NCBI RefSeq assembly: GCF_017348835.2
Contig: NZ_CP071375.1
Strand: one strand, 5' to 3'
Origin: Escherichia coli
GTDB taxonomy: Bacteria; Pseudomonadota; Gammaproteobacteria; Enterobacterales; Enterobacteriaceae
Length of the DNA stretch: 64,000 nt
Shown: positions 21,484 to 33,807 of the stretch, piece after piece
Layout of the letters: every line of letters begins with the position of its first letter
Numbering within the stretch: the stretch's first letter is position 1
Position numbers and translations under genes: made by a program
Notes under the pieces: generated by a model
The model's input: only the letters and a program-made list of their open reading frames with translations
What the model was told of the DNA's origin: nothing
The model's database searches: none

Positions 21484-22845
21484 ATGTCTTTTGATTTAAT
21501 CATTAAAAACGGCACCGTTATTTTAGAAAACGAAGCTCGCGTTGTAGATATCGCCGTTAAAGGCGGCAAAATTGCTGCTATCGGTCAGGATCTGGGCGAT
21601 GCAAAAGAAGTTATGGATGCGTCTGGTCTGGTGGTTTCGCCGGGCATGGTTGATGCGCACACCCATATTTCTGAACCGGGTCGTAGCCACTGGGAAGGTT
21701 ATGAAACCGGTACTCGCGCAGCGGCAAAAGGTGGTATCACCACCATGATCGAAATGCCGCTCAACCAGCTGCCTGCAACGGTTGACCGCGCTTCAATTGA
21801 ACTGAAGTTCGATGCCGCTAAAGGCAAGCTGACTATCGATGCGGCACAACTCGGTGGCCTGGTGTCTTACAACATCGACCGTCTGCATGAGCTGGATGAA
21901 GTGGGCGTTGTCGGCTTCAAATGCTTCGTTGCGACCTGTGGCGATCGCGGTATCGACAACGACTTCCGTGATGTAAACGACTGGCAGTTCTTCAAAGGCG
22001 CGCAGAAGCTGGGCGAACTGGGGCAGCCGGTGCTGGTGCACTGCGAAAACGCGCTGATCTGTGACGCACTGGGCGAAGAAGCGAAACGTGAAGGTCGCGT
22101 AACTGCCCATGACTATGTGGCTTCGCGTCCGGTATTTACCGAAGTGGAAGCGATTCGCCGCGTGCTGTACCTGGCGAAAGTTGCCGGTTGCCGTCTGCAC
22201 GTTTGCCATATCAGCAGCCCGGAAGGTGTTGAGGAAGTGACTCGTGCACGTCAGGAAGGTCAGGACGTTACTTGTGAATCCTGCCCGCATTACTTTGTGC
22301 TGGATACCGATCAGTTCGAAGAAATTGGCACCCTGGCGAAGTGTTCACCGCCGATCCGCGATCTGGAAAACCAGAAAGGCATGTGGGAAAAACTGTTTAA
22401 CGGTGAAATCGACTGCCTGGTTTCCGACCACTCACCATGCCCTCCGGAAATGAAAGCCGGCAACATCATGGAAGCATGGGGCGGTATTGCCGGTCTGCAA
22501 AACTGTATGGACGTGATGTTCGATGAAGCGGTACAGAAACGCGGAATGTCTCTGCCAATGTTCGGCAAATTAATGGCGACTAACGCAGCAGATATTTTCG
22601 GTCTGCAGCAAAAAGGCCGTATCGCCCCAGGAAAAGATGCCGACTTCGTCTTCATTCAGCCGAATAGCAGCTATGTTCTTACCAATGACGATCTGGAATA
22701 TCGCCACAAAGTCAGCCCGTATGTTGGCCGTACCATTGGCGCGCGTATCACGAAAACCATCTTACGTGGTGATGTGATTTACGACATTGAACAGGGCTTC
22801 CCTGTTGCGCCGAAAGGTCAATTTATCCTTAAACATCAGCAGTAA
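21484..22845 (+). CDS. allB: allantoinase
   Basis: 453 aa amidohydrolase; metal-binding HxH (DAHTH). Confidence 0.92.
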   Translation: MSFDLIIKNGTVILENEARVVDIAVKGGKIAAIGQDLGDAKEVMDASGLVVSPGMVDAHTHISEPGRSHWEGYETGTRAAAKGGITTMIEMPLNQLPATVDRASIELKFDAAKGKLTIDAAQLGGLVSYNIDRLHELDEVGVVGFKCFVATCGDRGIDNDFRDVNDWQFFKGAQKLGELGQPVLVHCENALICDALGEEAKREGRVTAHDYVASRPVFTEVEAIRRVLYLAKVAGCRLHVCHISSPEGVEEVTRARQEGQDVTCESCPHYFVLDTDQFEEIGTLAKCSPPIRDLENQKGMWEKLFNGEIDCLVSDHSPCPPEMKAGNIMEAWGGIAGLQNCMDVMFDEAVQKRGMSLPMFGKLMATNAADIFGLQQKGRIAPGKDADFVFIQPNSSYVLTNDDLEYRHKVSPYVGRTIGARITKTILRGDVIYDIEQGFPVAPKGQFILKHQQ

Positions 22846-22901
22846 TCTGGCCCCTGCAATGCCCGTCCTTGCGGCGGGCATTCTCCGGTTAAGGTGTGTT
22901 T

Positions 22902-24203
22902 ATGTTCAATTTTGCAGTCAGCCGCGAAAGCCTGTTATCAGGATTTCAGTGGTTTTTCTTTATTTTTTGCAACACGGTTGTGGTTCCTCCTACGCTACTT
23001 TCTGCTTTTCAGTTGCCGCAAAGTAGCCTGCTTACACTCACACAATATGCTTTTCTTGCTACCGCACTGGCCTGCTTCGCTCAGGCGTTCTGTGGCCATC
23101 GTCGCGCTATTATGGAAGGGCCGGGGGGCCTGTGGTGGGGAACCATCCTAACTATCACCCTTGGCGAAGCATCGCGCGGGACACCGATCAACGATATCGC
23201 CACCAGCCTGGCAGTGGGGATTGCGCTCTCCGGCGTGCTGACGATGTTGATTGGTTTTAGCGGATTAGGCCATCGCCTGGCACGGTTATTTACGCCGTCG
23301 GTGATGGTCTTGTTTATGTTGATGCTGGGCGCGCAGCTGACCACTATCTTTTTCAAAGGTATGCTCGGGTTGCCGTTTGGCATAGCCGACCCAAATTTTA
23401 AAATTCAGTTACCACCGTTCGCGCTCTCGGTGGCGGTGATGTGCCTGGTACTGGCGATGATTATCTTTCTGCCGCAACGTTTTGCCCGTTATGGCCTGCT
23501 GGTCGGTACGATAACCGGCTGGTTGTTGTGGTACTTTTGCTTTCCTTCTTCGCATTCGCTCTCCGGTGAGTTGCACTGGCAGTGGTTCCCGCTCGGCAGT
23601 GGCGGTGCTTTGTCGCCGGGAATTATTCTGACGGCGGTGATTACAGGTCTGGTAAATATCAGCAATACCTACGGTGCGATTCGGGGCACGGATGTTTTTT
23701 ATCCGCAGCAGGGCGCGGGGAATACGCGTTATCGTCGTAGCTTTGTGGCGACCGGATTTATGACACTGATAACCGTACCGCTGGCGGTAATTCCATTTTC
23801 ACCGTTTGTTTCATCCATTGGTTTATTAACCCAGACTGGCGATTACACGCGGCGTTCGTTTATTTATGGCAGCGTTATTTGCCTGCTGGTGGCGCTGGTT
23901 CCGGCACTCACGCGACTGTTTTGCAGTATCCCTTTACCCGTGAGTAGCGCGGTCATGCTGGTTTCTTATCTGCCTTTACTCTTTTCGGCGCTGGTGTTTA
24001 GCCAGCAAATAACGTTTACCGCTCGCAATATTTATCGACTCGCATTGCCGTTATTTGTCGGCATATTTTTAATGGCATTACCGCCTGTGTATCTGCAAGA
24101 CCTTCCATTAACGCTGCGTCCTCTGCTCAGTAACGGCTTATTGGTCGGGATCTTACTGGCTGTTCTTATGGATAACCTTATTCCGTGGGAACGCATCGAA
24201 TAA
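22902..24203 (+). CDS. ybbY: putative purine permease YbbY
   Basis: ~433 aa polytopic membrane protein; synteny. Confidence 0.85.
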   Translation: MFNFAVSRESLLSGFQWFFFIFCNTVVVPPTLLSAFQLPQSSLLTLTQYAFLATALACFAQAFCGHRRAIMEGPGGLWWGTILTITLGEASRGTPINDIATSLAVGIALSGVLTMLIGFSGLGHRLARLFTPSVMVLFMLMLGAQLTTIFFKGMLGLPFGIADPNFKIQLPPFALSVAVMCLVLAMIIFLPQRFARYGLLVGTITGWLLWYFCFPSSHSLSGELHWQWFPLGSGGALSPGIILTAVITGLVNISNTYGAIRGTDVFYPQQGAGNTRYRRSFVATGFMTLITVPLAVIPFSPFVSSIGLLTQTGDYTRRSFIYGSVICLLVALVPALTRLFCSIPLPVSSAVMLVSYLPLLFSALVFSQQITFTARNIYRLALPLFVGIFLMALPPVYLQDLPLTLRPLLSNGLLVGILLAVLMDNLIPWERIE

Positions 24204-24224
24204 TTTGTTGAAAAAGGATTGATA

Positions 24225-25370
24225 ATGAAGATTGTCATTGCGCCAGACTCTTTTAAAGAGAGCTTAAGTGCAGAAAAATGTTGTCAGGCAATTAAAGCCG
24301 GGTTTTCGACCCTCTTTCCCGATGCGAACTATATCTGTTTGCCGATAGCGGATGGCGGCGAAGGGACGGTGGATGCGATGGTCGCCGCGACGGGTGGTAA
24401 CATCGTGACGCTTGAAGTCTGCGGGCCGATGGGCGAAAAAGTGGATGCTTTTTATGGCCTTACCGGCGACGGGAAAACAGCGGTGATTGAGATGGCGGCA
24501 GCAAGTGGCCTGATGCTGGTCGCGCCTGAAAAGCGTAATCCGTTGCTGGCCTCCAGTTTTGGTACGGGGGAGTTAATTCGTCATGCGCTGGATAACGGCA
24601 TTCGCCATATTATTCTCGGCATTGGCGGCAGTGCGACGGTCGACGGCGGTATGGGCATGGCGCAGGCGCTTGGCGTGCGTTTCCTTGATGCCGACGGTCA
24701 GGTGCTGGCAGCTAACGGCGGCAATTTAGCGCGCGTGGCAAGCATTGAGATGGAGGAATGCGATCCGCGTCTGGCGAACTGCCATATTGAAGTAGCATGT
24801 GACGTTGATAACCCGCTGGTAGGGGCACGCGGCGCGGCGGCGGTGTTTGGCCCGCAAAAAGGGGCAACGCCGGAGATGGTCGAAGAGCTGGAACAGGGGC
24901 TGCAAAATTACGCCCGTGTTTTACAACAGCAAACTGAAATTAATGTCTGTCAGATGGCGGGCGGCGGCGCTGCGGGCGGTATGGGGATTGCGGCGGCGGT
25001 ATTTCTCAATGCGGATATTAAACCGGGTATTGAGATTGTGTTGAATGCGGTCAATCTTGCGCAGGCGGTGCAGGGCGCAGCACTGGTGATCACCGGGGAA
25101 GGGCGCATCGACTCGCAAACGGCAGGCGGTAAAGCGCCGCTGGGCGTTGCGTCGGTGGCGAAGCAGTTTAATGTACCTGTGATTGGGATTGCTGGCGTAT
25201 TGGGTGATGGCGTGGAAGTGGTGCACCAGTACGGCATTGATGCGGTATTCAGCATTTTGCCACGTCTGGCACCTTTAGCCGAAGTGCTCGCCAGCGGTGA
25301 AACCAATCTCTTCAACAGCGCGCGAAATATTGCCTGCGCCATTAAAATAGGTCAGGGAATTAAAAACTGA
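24225..25370 (+). CDS. glxK: glycerate 2-kinase (GlxK)
   Basis: 381 aa from [11 protein letters not shown]; glycerate kinase family. Confidence 0.9.
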   Translation: MKIVIAPDSFKESLSAEKCCQAIKAGFSTLFPDANYICLPIADGGEGTVDAMVAATGGNIVTLEVCGPMGEKVDAFYGLTGDGKTAVIEMAAASGLMLVAPEKRNPLLASSFGTGELIRHALDNGIRHIILGIGGSATVDGGMGMAQALGVRFLDADGQVLAANGGNLARVASIEMEECDPRLANCHIEVACDVDNPLVGARGAAAVFGPQKGATPEMVEELEQGLQNYARVLQQQTEINVCQMAGGGAAGGMGIAAAVFLNADIKPGIEIVLNAVNLAQAVQGAALVITGEGRIDSQTAGGKAPLGVASVAKQFNVPVIGIAGVLGDGVEVVHQYGIDAVFSILPRLAPLAEVLASGETNLFNSARNIACAIKIGQGIKN

Positions 25371-25490
25371 CCCTTACCTTTAAAGCGGATGCGATTTATA
25401 TCGCATAAGAGTGCAGTACTCATGCCGGATGCGGCATGAGTACCATATCCTTCCTGAAAATCGCGCAAATTCTATATATTGCAGAGATCA

Positions 25491-25521
25491 TGTAGGCCTG
25501 ATAAGCGAAGCGCATCAGGCA
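25491..25521. repeat. REP element
   Basis: tgtaggcctgataagcgaagcgcatcaggca. Confidence 0.6.
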
Positions 25522-25528
25522 ATGTTAC

Positions 25529-25555
25529 AAAAAAAGCCACGGTATAAACCGTGGC
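25529..25555 (-). terminator. intrinsic terminator downstream of ylbA/allE
   Basis: Minus-strand reading gccacggtttataccgtggc followed by TTTTTTT. Confidence 0.6.
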
Positions 25556-25597
25556 AAAATCCAACATAGCTAAAAATAATCAGGCGAGTGGTATGAC

Positions 25598-26383
25598 TTA
25601 AATCTCTACGTCGCGGTTGCAATCTTTCGAGTAAATATAGCTGAACGCTTCACCACGCCCTACGCCATAACCAGCCTGTAAAGAATAAGCGCCCATAAAG
25701 ATGTAATCGCCTTTTTTCACCGGGATCCAGTTATTGTCGAGGTTATAAACCCCCTGACCGGAAAGAATATAGGCACCGTGTTCCTGAACATGTGTTTCGA
25801 TATAACCGTGGCTGGCACCTGGTGCAAAAGAGAGGATATGCATGTTCATATCAAAACCTAACTCTTTGGGCAGGAAATCCAGCAGGATCACATCATCCAT
25901 ACCTTCATAGTGAATGCGTTCCAGTTCGCTGGCATTGCCAGAAACCAGCCACGGTGCATGGCCTTCTACCGGAACATAGCGGCGCTTATATAAAAAGATT
26001 TGGCTGTCTTCGGCCTGGGCGTTAACAAACGTCATTAAGGAGCCTGGCGGGCAATAAAGATAGCCACCTTCGCTTAAGGAAAATGTTTTGCCTTCGGCTT
26101 TGGCAGTGATATTTCCAGAGATCACATACAGGAACGTTTCAATGCCTTCGCCACCGAAGCCCTGTTGGTTGCCACCGTTTTGATGCAGTGTGACCAGATA
26201 ATCAACAAAAGAGGCACCCAGCTTTGGCGTGGAGAGGATTGTCGCGTCACAATTTTCAAAGCCCGGAATAATATTTTTTACCAGACCGTCTGGTGTTAAC
26301 AGTGCGAAATTACCGTGTTTCACAATCGCACGGTTAGCCAGTAAATCATCGCGGTAACCGGTGACGTTATTTAAATATCCCAT
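25598..26383 (-). CDS. allE: (S)-ureidoglycine aminohydrolase (AllE/YlbA)
   Basis: 261 aa bicupin; synteny. Confidence 0.88.
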   Translation of the reverse strand: MGYLNNVTGYRDDLLANRAIVKHGNFALLTPDGLVKNIIPGFENCDATILSTPKLGASFVDYLVTLHQNGGNQQGFGGEGIETFLYVISGNITAKAEGKTFSLSEGGYLYCPPGSLMTFVNAQAEDSQIFLYKRRYVPVEGHAPWLVSGNASELERIHYEGMDDVILLDFLPKELGFDMNMHILSFAPGASHGYIETHVQEHGAYILSGQGVYNLDNNWIPVKKGDYIFMGAYSLQAGYGVGRGEAFSYIYSKDCNRDVEI

Positions 26384-26393
26384 TTATGACTCC

Positions 26394-27629
26394 TTATTTC
26401 TGCCAGGCAAGTTGATAAAGCATGAGTGCCAACGTTTTGACCCCTTCGGCAAGGTCGGTAATATTGGTGCGTTCCGCCGGGTTATGGCTGATCCCGTTGA
26501 TGCTGGGAATGAAAATCATGCAGGTCGGCACGCGAGGCGCGAAAAATTGCGCGTCGTGCCCGGCACCACTGTGCATCACCCGGTAATTCAGTTTTTCACT
26601 TTCACACAATTCTGTCAGGGTGGCGACCAGGTCCTTATTCATCGGCACGGGTTCTTCGTCCATCCATAAATCGATATCAATACCAATGTCCATTTCATCG
26701 CAAATCGCCCGCATGTCGTTTTCTAACTGTTGGGTGAAATCACGCAGCACGGCGGCGTCGGTATGACGACAATCAATGGTGAACGTGGTTTTACCCGGCA
26801 CCACATTCACCGTATTCGGGCGCGGCTCTACTTTGCCAAAGGTCAGAACCAGCGGATCGTCCATCTTTTTCGCTTTTTCGATCGACTGATGGCAAATGCG
26901 ACTGAAAGCGTAAACCGTATCACGACGATAACCCATCGGCGTGGTGCCTGCATGGTTTGATTCGCCGTTCAGCGTCACCGTATAGCGACGCTGCCCGACA
27001 ATTGCATTCACCACGCCAATTGATTGCCCATTACTTTCCAGCACACAGCCCTGTTCGATATGCAGTTCGACAAAGGCTTTAATATCCTGACGCGGAGTTA
27101 GTGGGGCGTTCGGCAGAGTAAATCCGCAAGCCTTCATCGCATCGACAAAACTATTTCCTTTGGCATCACAGATATTCCGCACGTCGTCAGGATTCGCCAG
27201 CCCAAAGATATTTTTACTGCCCCAGAAAACATACGGGAAGCGGCTGCCTTCTTCTTCCGCCATCGCCACCACTTCAACCGTACGCAGCGGTGCGCCGTAT
27301 TGCGTTTTCAGCCAGTCAATTGCCAGCCACGCCGCCAGCGCGCCGAATTGCCCGTCGAGGTTACCGCCGTTAACCACGGTATCGATATGCGAACCGCTCA
27401 GAACTACTTCCTGTGGATATTCGGTGCCACTCAGGCGACCGTATAAATTCCCCACTTCATCGAAACGTGTTTCCAGCCCACTTGCGGCCATTCTTTTTTT
27501 AAATTGCTGCTGGGTTTCCAACCATTCCGGCGAATAAAGTAAACGGGTCATCCCACCCGTTGGGTCAGCGCCAAATGAGGAAAGCCAGGGCAGCGCTTCT
27601 TCTATGGCTTGACGAAAATGTGTAATCAT
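26394..27629 (-). CDS. allC: allantoate amidohydrolase
   Basis: 411 aa from MITHFRQ; M20 peptidase family. Confidence 0.9.
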   Translation of the reverse strand: MITHFRQAIEEALPWLSSFGADPTGGMTRLLYSPEWLETQQQFKKRMAASGLETRFDEVGNLYGRLSGTEYPQEVVLSGSHIDTVVNGGNLDGQFGALAAWLAIDWLKTQYGAPLRTVEVVAMAEEEGSRFPYVFWGSKNIFGLANPDDVRNICDAKGNSFVDAMKACGFTLPNAPLTPRQDIKAFVELHIEQGCVLESNGQSIGVVNAIVGQRRYTVTLNGESNHAGTTPMGYRRDTVYAFSRICHQSIEKAKKMDDPLVLTFGKVEPRPNTVNVVPGKTTFTIDCRHTDAAVLRDFTQQLENDMRAICDEMDIGIDIDLWMDEEPVPMNKDLVATLTELCESEKLNYRVMHSGAGHDAQFFAPRVPTCMIFIPSINGISHNPAERTNITDLAEGVKTLALMLYQLAWQK

Positions 27630-27650
27630 AAGAAAGTCCTGTCTCAATAA

Positions 27651-28700
27651 TTATTGCGCAAAGGGATTTTTCGTTTCGTATGACGTGTTATAAAGCGCGT
27701 CGGAAATTAAATACTGGTAAATATCATCAACAATTTCGATGCCTTCGACGGCGGCTTTGCGTTGTTTAATATCCTGATCCTGTCCGGGATAATAAACCTG
27801 ATTAAAACCGGGCGCGGGGGTAATGGCATTTAATTCGCGCATGGTCTGGCTAAGATGTTGACGGAATAATTCGCTGGAGGAGAAAAAGTTCGGGTTAATA
27901 ACTACATGTAATTGCCCCAAATTACGCCCGGCGTGTAAATCGTCATACATCGAACTAACCTGTCGCCCGAACGGTAAGCCGAGTAAGACGCCTGAGAGGA
28001 CGTCAATCATCATCATCAGGCCATACCCTTTCGGCCCGGCTGCGGGGAGCAGAGCATGTACCGCGAACGGATCGGTTGTTGGTGCACCGTTTTTATCGAC
28101 CGCCCAGGTATCCGGGATAGACATATTACGCGAGCGGGCGTCGAGCACTTTTCCCCATGCCTGTACGGTAGTCGCCATATCAAAGGTAAGGATCTCGTCG
28201 CCTTCTCCCGGCGCGGCAAAGGCCAGTGGGTTAGTACCGTAGTAAATTTCCGCGCCGCCAAACGGCACCACCATTGGATCGGACTGGCACATCGAAATGC
28301 CAATTAATCCGGCGCAGGCTGCCTGCTGCACAAAATAAGAGATTGCGCCGCTGTGACCCATCCGGCTGATACCGACCACCGCAACGCCATTTTGCTGGGC
28401 GGTTTTGATGGCATGTTCCATACCCATTTTCGCCGCGACCTGTCCGGCGGCATTGTCGGCATGTAAAATTGCCGAGCACGGCCCGGTTTCTTCAAGACGA
28501 AATTCCGGTTCACGGTTGGTGCCGCCTTTTGAAATGCGTTCTGCGTAGTATTCAACGCGCACCGCGCCATGAGAGTGGATCCCTCTGGCATCGGCGTAAA
28601 CCAATACTTCAGCCACGGTTGCAGCGTGCTCACGTTTTAACCCAGCCTGGCAGAGTTTATTCTCGATTAGCTGGTGGAGTGTTTCCCGACTGATTTTCAT
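27651..28700 (-). CDS. allD: ureidoglycolate dehydrogenase
   Basis: 349 aa; Ldh_2-type oxidoreductase; synteny. Confidence 0.9.
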   Translation of the reverse strand: MKISRETLHQLIENKLCQAGLKREHAATVAEVLVYADARGIHSHGAVRVEYYAERISKGGTNREPEFRLEETGPCSAILHADNAAGQVAAKMGMEHAIKTAQQNGVAVVGISRMGHSGAISYFVQQAACAGLIGISMCQSDPMVVPFGGAEIYYGTNPLAFAAPGEGDEILTFDMATTVQAWGKVLDARSRNMSIPDTWAVDKNGAPTTDPFAVHALLPAAGPKGYGLMMMIDVLSGVLLGLPFGRQVSSMYDDLHAGRNLGQLHVVINPNFFSSSELFRQHLSQTMRELNAITPAPGFNQVYYPGQDQDIKQRKAAVEGIEIVDDIYQYLISDALYNTSYETKNPFAQ

Positions 28701-29016
28701 CTGTCTTCCTTTTTAACGACGGTGTGAAGCATGACTGCAATTAACATACAGGGAAAATATTTGGATTATGTGATCCAGACAGGCAAAAAAATATAGTTAG
28801 AATTTATTTGATAATCTTCGTGCTTTTAACCTGGTTTTTAAAATAACGATGCTTATTAAAAAATAACGCGTAATAGTCTGGCGGTTATTTGAATTCTTTT
28901 GTTAATAATCCCTGTGTGATATTCATCACCTTATTTACTCGTTGTCATCGATACCGTAATCGCCACATTAACACTGCTCGTGCAATTGCCATGGGTGCAA
29001 TTTTTAAGGAGTTGTT

Positions 29017-30684
29017 ATGATCCACGCCTTTATTAAAAAAGGGTGTTTTCAGGATTCGGTCAGTTTAATGATTATTTCACGAAAACTCAGCGAATCAGAA
29101 AATGTTGATGATGTTTCCGTAATGATGGGTACGCCCGCCAATAAAGCGTTATTAGATACCACAGGTTTCTGGCATGACGATTTTAATAACGCCACGCCGA
29201 ACGATATTTGCGTGGCAATTCGTAGCGAAGCGGCGGATGCGGGGATCGCGCAGGCGATTATGCAGCAGCTTGAAGAGGCGCTAAAACAACTGGCGCAGGG
29301 GTCAGGCAGCAGCCAGTCCTTGACGCAGGTGCGTCGCTGGGACAGTGCCTGTCAGAAATTACCCGATGCCAATCTGGCGCTGATTTCAGTGGCTGGCGAG
29401 TATGCGGCGGAGCTGGCGAATCAGGCGCTGGATCGCAACCTCAACGTGATGATGTTCTCCGATAACGTCACGCTGGAAGATGAAATCCAACTTAAAACCC
29501 GCGCGCGGGAAAAAGGCTTGCTGGTGATGGGGCCGGACTGCGGTACGTCGATGATTGCCGGCACGCCGCTGGCTTTTGCTAACGTGATGCCGGAAGGCAA
29601 CATTGGCGTCATTGGCGCTTCCGGTACCGGGATTCAGGAGCTGTGCTCGCAGATTGCGCTGGCAGGGGAGGGAATTACTCACGCGATTGGCCTTGGCGGC
29701 CGCGACCTCAGCCGTGAAGTGGGCGGCATCAGTGCGCTAACAGCGCTGGAAATGCTCAGTGCAGACGAGAAAAGCGAAGTGCTGGCATTTGTTTCAAAAC
29801 CACCTGCCGAAGCTGTGCGTCTGAAAATTGTTAATGCCATGAAAGCAACCGGCAAACCGACGGTGGCGCTGTTTTTAGGTTATACCCCGGCGGTGGCCCG
29901 CGACGAGAATGTCTGGTTTGCCTCCTCGCTGGATGAGGCCGCACGCCTGGCTTGCCTGCTTTCACGCGTTACGGCGCGACGTAACGCGATAACGCCTGCC
30001 AGCAGCGGATTTATTTGCGGTTTGTATACCGGCGGTACGCTGGCTGCCGAAGCGGCGGGATTACTTGCCGGACACCTTGGCGTGGAAGCCGATGATGCCC
30101 ATCATCACGGCATGATGCTGGACGCCGATGGCCACCAGATTATTGACCTTGGCGATGATTTCTACACCGTCGGGCGTCCCCATCCGATGATCGACCCAAC
30201 CTTACGCAACCAGTTAATTGCCGATCTCGGCGCTAAACCGCAAGTGCGCGTATTGCTGCTTGATGTCGTGATTGGCTTCGGTGCGACCGCCGATCCTGCC
30301 GCCTCGCTGGTAAGCGCCTGGCAAAAAGCATGTGCCGCGCGTTCAGACAATCAACCACTGTATGCCATTGCCACGGTGACAGGCACTGAACGTGACCCGC
30401 AATGCCGCTCGCAGCAAATCGCCACGCTGGAAGATGCGGGGATCGCGGTAGTGAGTTCGCTGCCGGAAGCCACCTTGCTGGCGGCGGCACTGATTCGTCC
30501 GCTTTCGCCTGCCACTCAGCAACACACACCGTCATTACTGGAAAACGTCGCCGTGATTAACATCGGATTACGCAGCTTTGCGCTGGAGCTACAAAGCGCC
30601 AGCAAACCGGTTGTGCATTACCAATGGTCGCCAGTCGCCGGCGGCAATAAAAAACTGGCTCGTTTATTAGAACGTTTGCAATAA
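29017..30684 (+). CDS. fdrA: FdrA (acyl-CoA synthetase/CoA-binding-like) protein
   Basis: 555 aa; synteny with ylbE/ylbF/ybcF. Confidence 0.85.
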   Translation: MIHAFIKKGCFQDSVSLMIISRKLSESENVDDVSVMMGTPANKALLDTTGFWHDDFNNATPNDICVAIRSEAADAGIAQAIMQQLEEALKQLAQGSGSSQSLTQVRRWDSACQKLPDANLALISVAGEYAAELANQALDRNLNVMMFSDNVTLEDEIQLKTRAREKGLLVMGPDCGTSMIAGTPLAFANVMPEGNIGVIGASGTGIQELCSQIALAGEGITHAIGLGGRDLSREVGGISALTALEMLSADEKSEVLAFVSKPPAEAVRLKIVNAMKATGKPTVALFLGYTPAVARDENVWFASSLDEAARLACLLSRVTARRNAITPASSGFICGLYTGGTLAAEAAGLLAGHLGVEADDAHHHGMMLDADGHQIIDLGDDFYTVGRPHPMIDPTLRNQLIADLGAKPQVRVLLLDVVIGFGATADPAASLVSAWQKACAARSDNQPLYAIATVTGTERDPQCRSQQIATLEDAGIAVVSSLPEATLLAAALIRPLSPATQQHTPSLLENVAVINIGLRSFALELQSASKPVVHYQWSPVAGGNKKLARLLERLQ

Positions 30685-30693
30685 GGGGTTCCC

Positions 30694-31953
30694 ATGTTTA
30701 CATCAGTGGCGCAAGCCAATGCTGCGGTTATCGAACAAATTCGTCGCGCTCGTCCACACTGGCTGGATGTGCAACCGGCTTCTTCACTTATCAGCGAACT
30801 AAACGAGGGCAAAACACTGCTTCACGCCGGGCCGCCAATGCGCTGGCAGGAGATGACCGGACCCATGAAAGGGGCGTGCGTGGGCGCATGTCTGTTCGAA
30901 GGCTGGGCGAAAGATGAAGCGCAGGCGCTGGCAATACTGGAGCAGGGGGAAGTGAACTTCATTCCTTGTCACCATGTGAATGCCGTCGGTCCAATGGGCG
31001 GTATTACTTCTGCCAGTATGCCGATGCTGGTGGTCGAGAACGTGACCGACGGCAACCGGGCGTACTGCAACCTCAACGAAGGTATCGGCAAAGTGATGCG
31101 TTTTGGCGCTTACGGCGAAGATGTCCTGACTCGCCATCGCTGGATGCGCGATGTGTTAATGCCAGTATTAAGCGCGGCGCTGGGGCGCATGGAGCGCGGT
31201 ATCGATCTCACGGCGATGATGGCGCAGGGCATTACCATGGGTGATGAGTTCCATCAACGCAATATTGCTTCCTCAGCACTGTTAATGCGTGCGCTGGCCC
31301 CACAAATTGCTCGCCTCGATCATGATAAACAGCACATCGCGGAAGTGATGGATTTCCTCAGCGTGACCGATCAGTTCTTCCTCAACCTCGCGATGGCTTA
31401 CTGCAAGGCGGCGATGGATGCTGGCGCGATGATCCGCGCAGGCAGCATCGTCACGGCAATGACCCGCAACGGCAATATGTTCGGGATTCGGGTAAGCGGG
31501 CTGGGCGAACGCTGGTTTACTGCGCCTGTAAACACTCCGCAAGGTCTGTTTTTCACCGGCTTCTCGCAGGAGCAGGCGAACCCGGGTATGGGCGATAGCG
31601 CGATTACCGAAACCTTTGGTATCGGAGGTGCGGCAATGATCGCAGCGCCTGGCGTAACGCGCTTTGTCGGTGCGGGTGGCATGGAAGCGGCCAGGGCGGT
31701 ATCTGAAGAGATGGCGGAAATTTACCTTGAACGCAATATGCAGTTGCAGATCCCAAGCTGGGATTTTCAGGGCGCGTGCCTGGGACTGGACATTCGTCGC
31801 GTGGTAGAAACCGGCATTACGCCACTCATCAATACCGGTATCGCCCATAAAGAGGCGGGGATCGGGCAGATTGGCGCAGGCACCGTGCGGGCACCGCTGG
31901 CGTGTTTTGAACAGGCGCTGGAAGCACTGGCTGAAAGCATGGGGATTGGTTGA
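30694..31953 (+). CDS. ylbE: DUF1116 protein YlbE (single intact frame)
   Basis: 419 aa uninterrupted ORF; synteny. Confidence 0.85.
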   Translation: MFTSVAQANAAVIEQIRRARPHWLDVQPASSLISELNEGKTLLHAGPPMRWQEMTGPMKGACVGACLFEGWAKDEAQALAILEQGEVNFIPCHHVNAVGPMGGITSASMPMLVVENVTDGNRAYCNLNEGIGKVMRFGAYGEDVLTRHRWMRDVLMPVLSAALGRMERGIDLTAMMAQGITMGDEFHQRNIASSALLMRALAPQIARLDHDKQHIAEVMDFLSVTDQFFLNLAMAYCKAAMDAGAMIRAGSIVTAMTRNGNMFGIRVSGLGERWFTAPVNTPQGLFFTGFSQEQANPGMGDSAITETFGIGGAAMIAAPGVTRFVGAGGMEAARAVSEEMAEIYLERNMQLQIPSWDFQGACLGLDIRRVVETGITPLINTGIAHKEAGIGQIGAGTVRAPLACFEQALEALAESMGIG

Positions 31954-31963
31954 GGAACGCGCA

Positions 31964-32779
31964 ATGACGATCATCCATCCTCTGCTTGCCAGCCGTAGTG
32001 CACCGAATTATCGCCAGTCTTGGCGGTTAGCGGGAGTGTGGCGACGGGCGATTAACCTGATGACGGAAAGCTGCGAACTGTTAACGCTGCATCGTCAGGG
32101 TAGTGGTTTCGGCCCCGGAGGATGGGTGCTTCGCCGCGCGCAATTCGATGCGTTATGCGGTGGATTATGCGGCAATGAACGACCACAGGTTGTGGCTCAA
32201 GGGATTCGCCTCGGGCGTTTCACGGTTAAACAGCCACAGCGTTATTGTTTGCTGCGTATTACGCCGCCTGCACATCCTCAACCGCTTGCCGCTGCATGGA
32301 TGCAACGCGCGGAGGAAACCGGGCTTTTCGGGCCACTGGCGTTGGCGGCAAGCGATCCGCTGCCTGCTGAATTACGCCAGTTTCGTCACTGTTTTCAGGC
32401 CGCGCTCAATGGCGTTAAGACCGACTGGCGGCACTGGCTGGGTAAAGGCCCCGGATTAACGCCAAGTCATGATGACACTCTGAGCGGAATGCTGCTGGCG
32501 GCCTGGTATTATGGCGCTTTAGATGCGCGCTCTGGTCGCCCGTTTTTTGCCTGTTCCGACAATCTTCAACTCGTTACCACAGCGGTGAGCGTCAGTTATT
32601 TACGTTATGCCGCGCAAGGATATTTCGCCTCGCCACTCCTGCACTTTGTTCATGCTCTGAGTTGCCCGAAACGTACCGCTGTTGCGATTGATTCGCTGCT
32701 GGCGCTGGGGCATACGTCAGGGGCAGATACGCTGCTGGGGTTCTGGCTTGGCCAACAATTATTACAAGGAAAACCATGA
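31964..32779 (+). CDS. ylbF: DUF2877 protein YlbF
   Basis: 271 aa from [11 protein letters not shown]; synteny. Confidence 0.8.
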   Translation: MTIIHPLLASRSAPNYRQSWRLAGVWRRAINLMTESCELLTLHRQGSGFGPGGWVLRRAQFDALCGGLCGNERPQVVAQGIRLGRFTVKQPQRYCLLRITPPAHPQPLAAAWMQRAEETGLFGPLALAASDPLPAELRQFRHCFQAALNGVKTDWRHWLGKGPGLTPSHDDTLSGMLLAAWYYGALDARSGRPFFACSDNLQLVTTAVSVSYLRYAAQGYFASPLLHFVHALSCPKRTAVAIDSLLALGHTSGADTLLGFWLGQQLLQGKP

Positions 32780-33669
32780 AAACACTGGTTGTGGCTCTTG
32801 GGGGCAACGCCTTACTCCAGCGCGGTGAGGCGCTGACGGCAGAAAATCAATATCGCAATATCGCCAGTGCTGTACCCGCGCTGGCACGCCTGGCCCGTTC
32901 TTATCGGTTGGCGATTGTTCACGGCAACGGGCCGCAGGTGGGGCTGCTGGCATTGCAGAATCTGGCGTGGAAAGAGGTAGAACCGTATCCGCTGGATGTG
33001 CTGGTGGCAGAAAGTCAGGGGATGATTGGCTATATGCTGGCGCAGAGTTTGAGCGCACAGCCGCAGATGCCGCCCGTGACGACGGTGCTGACGCGCATTG
33101 AGGTTTCGCCTGATGATCCGGCGTTTTTGCAGCCAGAGAAATTTATTGGTCCGGTTTATCAGCCAGAAGAACACGAGGCACTGGAAGCGGCTTACGGCTG
33201 GCAGATGAAACGTGATGGTAAATATTTACGCCGGGTGGTGGCGTCTCCGCAACCGCGTAAAATTCTCGACAGCGAAGCCATCGAGTTGTTGCTCAAAGAG
33301 GGGCATGTGGTGATTTGCAGTGGCGGCGGCGGTGTGCCTGTGACGGATGACGGAGCAGGGAGTGAAGCAGTGATTGATAAAGATCTCGCCGCTGCGTTGC
33401 TCGCCGAGCAGATTAATGCAGATGGACTGGTGATCATCACCGATGCTGATGCGGTATATGAAAACTGGGGAACGCCGCAGCAACGTGCCATTCGCCATGC
33501 CACACCGGATGAGTTAGCGCCATTTGCCAAAGCCGATGGTTCGATGGGGCCGAAGGTAACGGCGGTGAGTGGTTATGTCAGAAGCCGTGGTAAACCCGCG
33601 TGGATTGGGGCGTTATCGCGAATTGAAGAGACGCTGGCGGGCGAAGCGGGGACCTGTATTTCGCTGTAG
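32776..33669 (+). CDS. ybcF: carbamate kinase-like protein YbcF
   Basis: 297 aa amino-acid-kinase fold ([14 protein letters not shown]). Confidence 0.88.
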   Translation: MKTLVVALGGNALLQRGEALTAENQYRNIASAVPALARLARSYRLAIVHGNGPQVGLLALQNLAWKEVEPYPLDVLVAESQGMIGYMLAQSLSAQPQMPPVTTVLTRIEVSPDDPAFLQPEKFIGPVYQPEEHEALEAAYGWQMKRDGKYLRRVVASPQPRKILDSEAIELLLKEGHVVICSGGGGVPVTDDGAGSEAVIDKDLAAALLAEQINADGLVIITDADAVYENWGTPQQRAIRHATPDELAPFAKADGSMGPKVTAVSGYVRSRGKPAWIGALSRIEETLAGEAGTCISL

Positions 33670-33700
33670 TGATGAGAGCATCCGGCAATCGGTGCACCAT

Positions 33701-33790
33701 GCCTGATGCGACGCTTGACGCGTCTTATCAGGCCTACAATGGGTACCGGAGCGGTGTAGGCCGGATAAGGCGTTCACGCCGCATCCGGCA
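33701..33790. repeat. REP elements between ybcF and purK
   Basis: gcctgatgcgacgcttgacgcgtcttatcaggcctac and tgtaggccggataaggcgttcacgccgcatccggca. Confidence 0.65.
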
Positions 33791-33807
33791 ATCAAATGAG
33801 CACCAGG

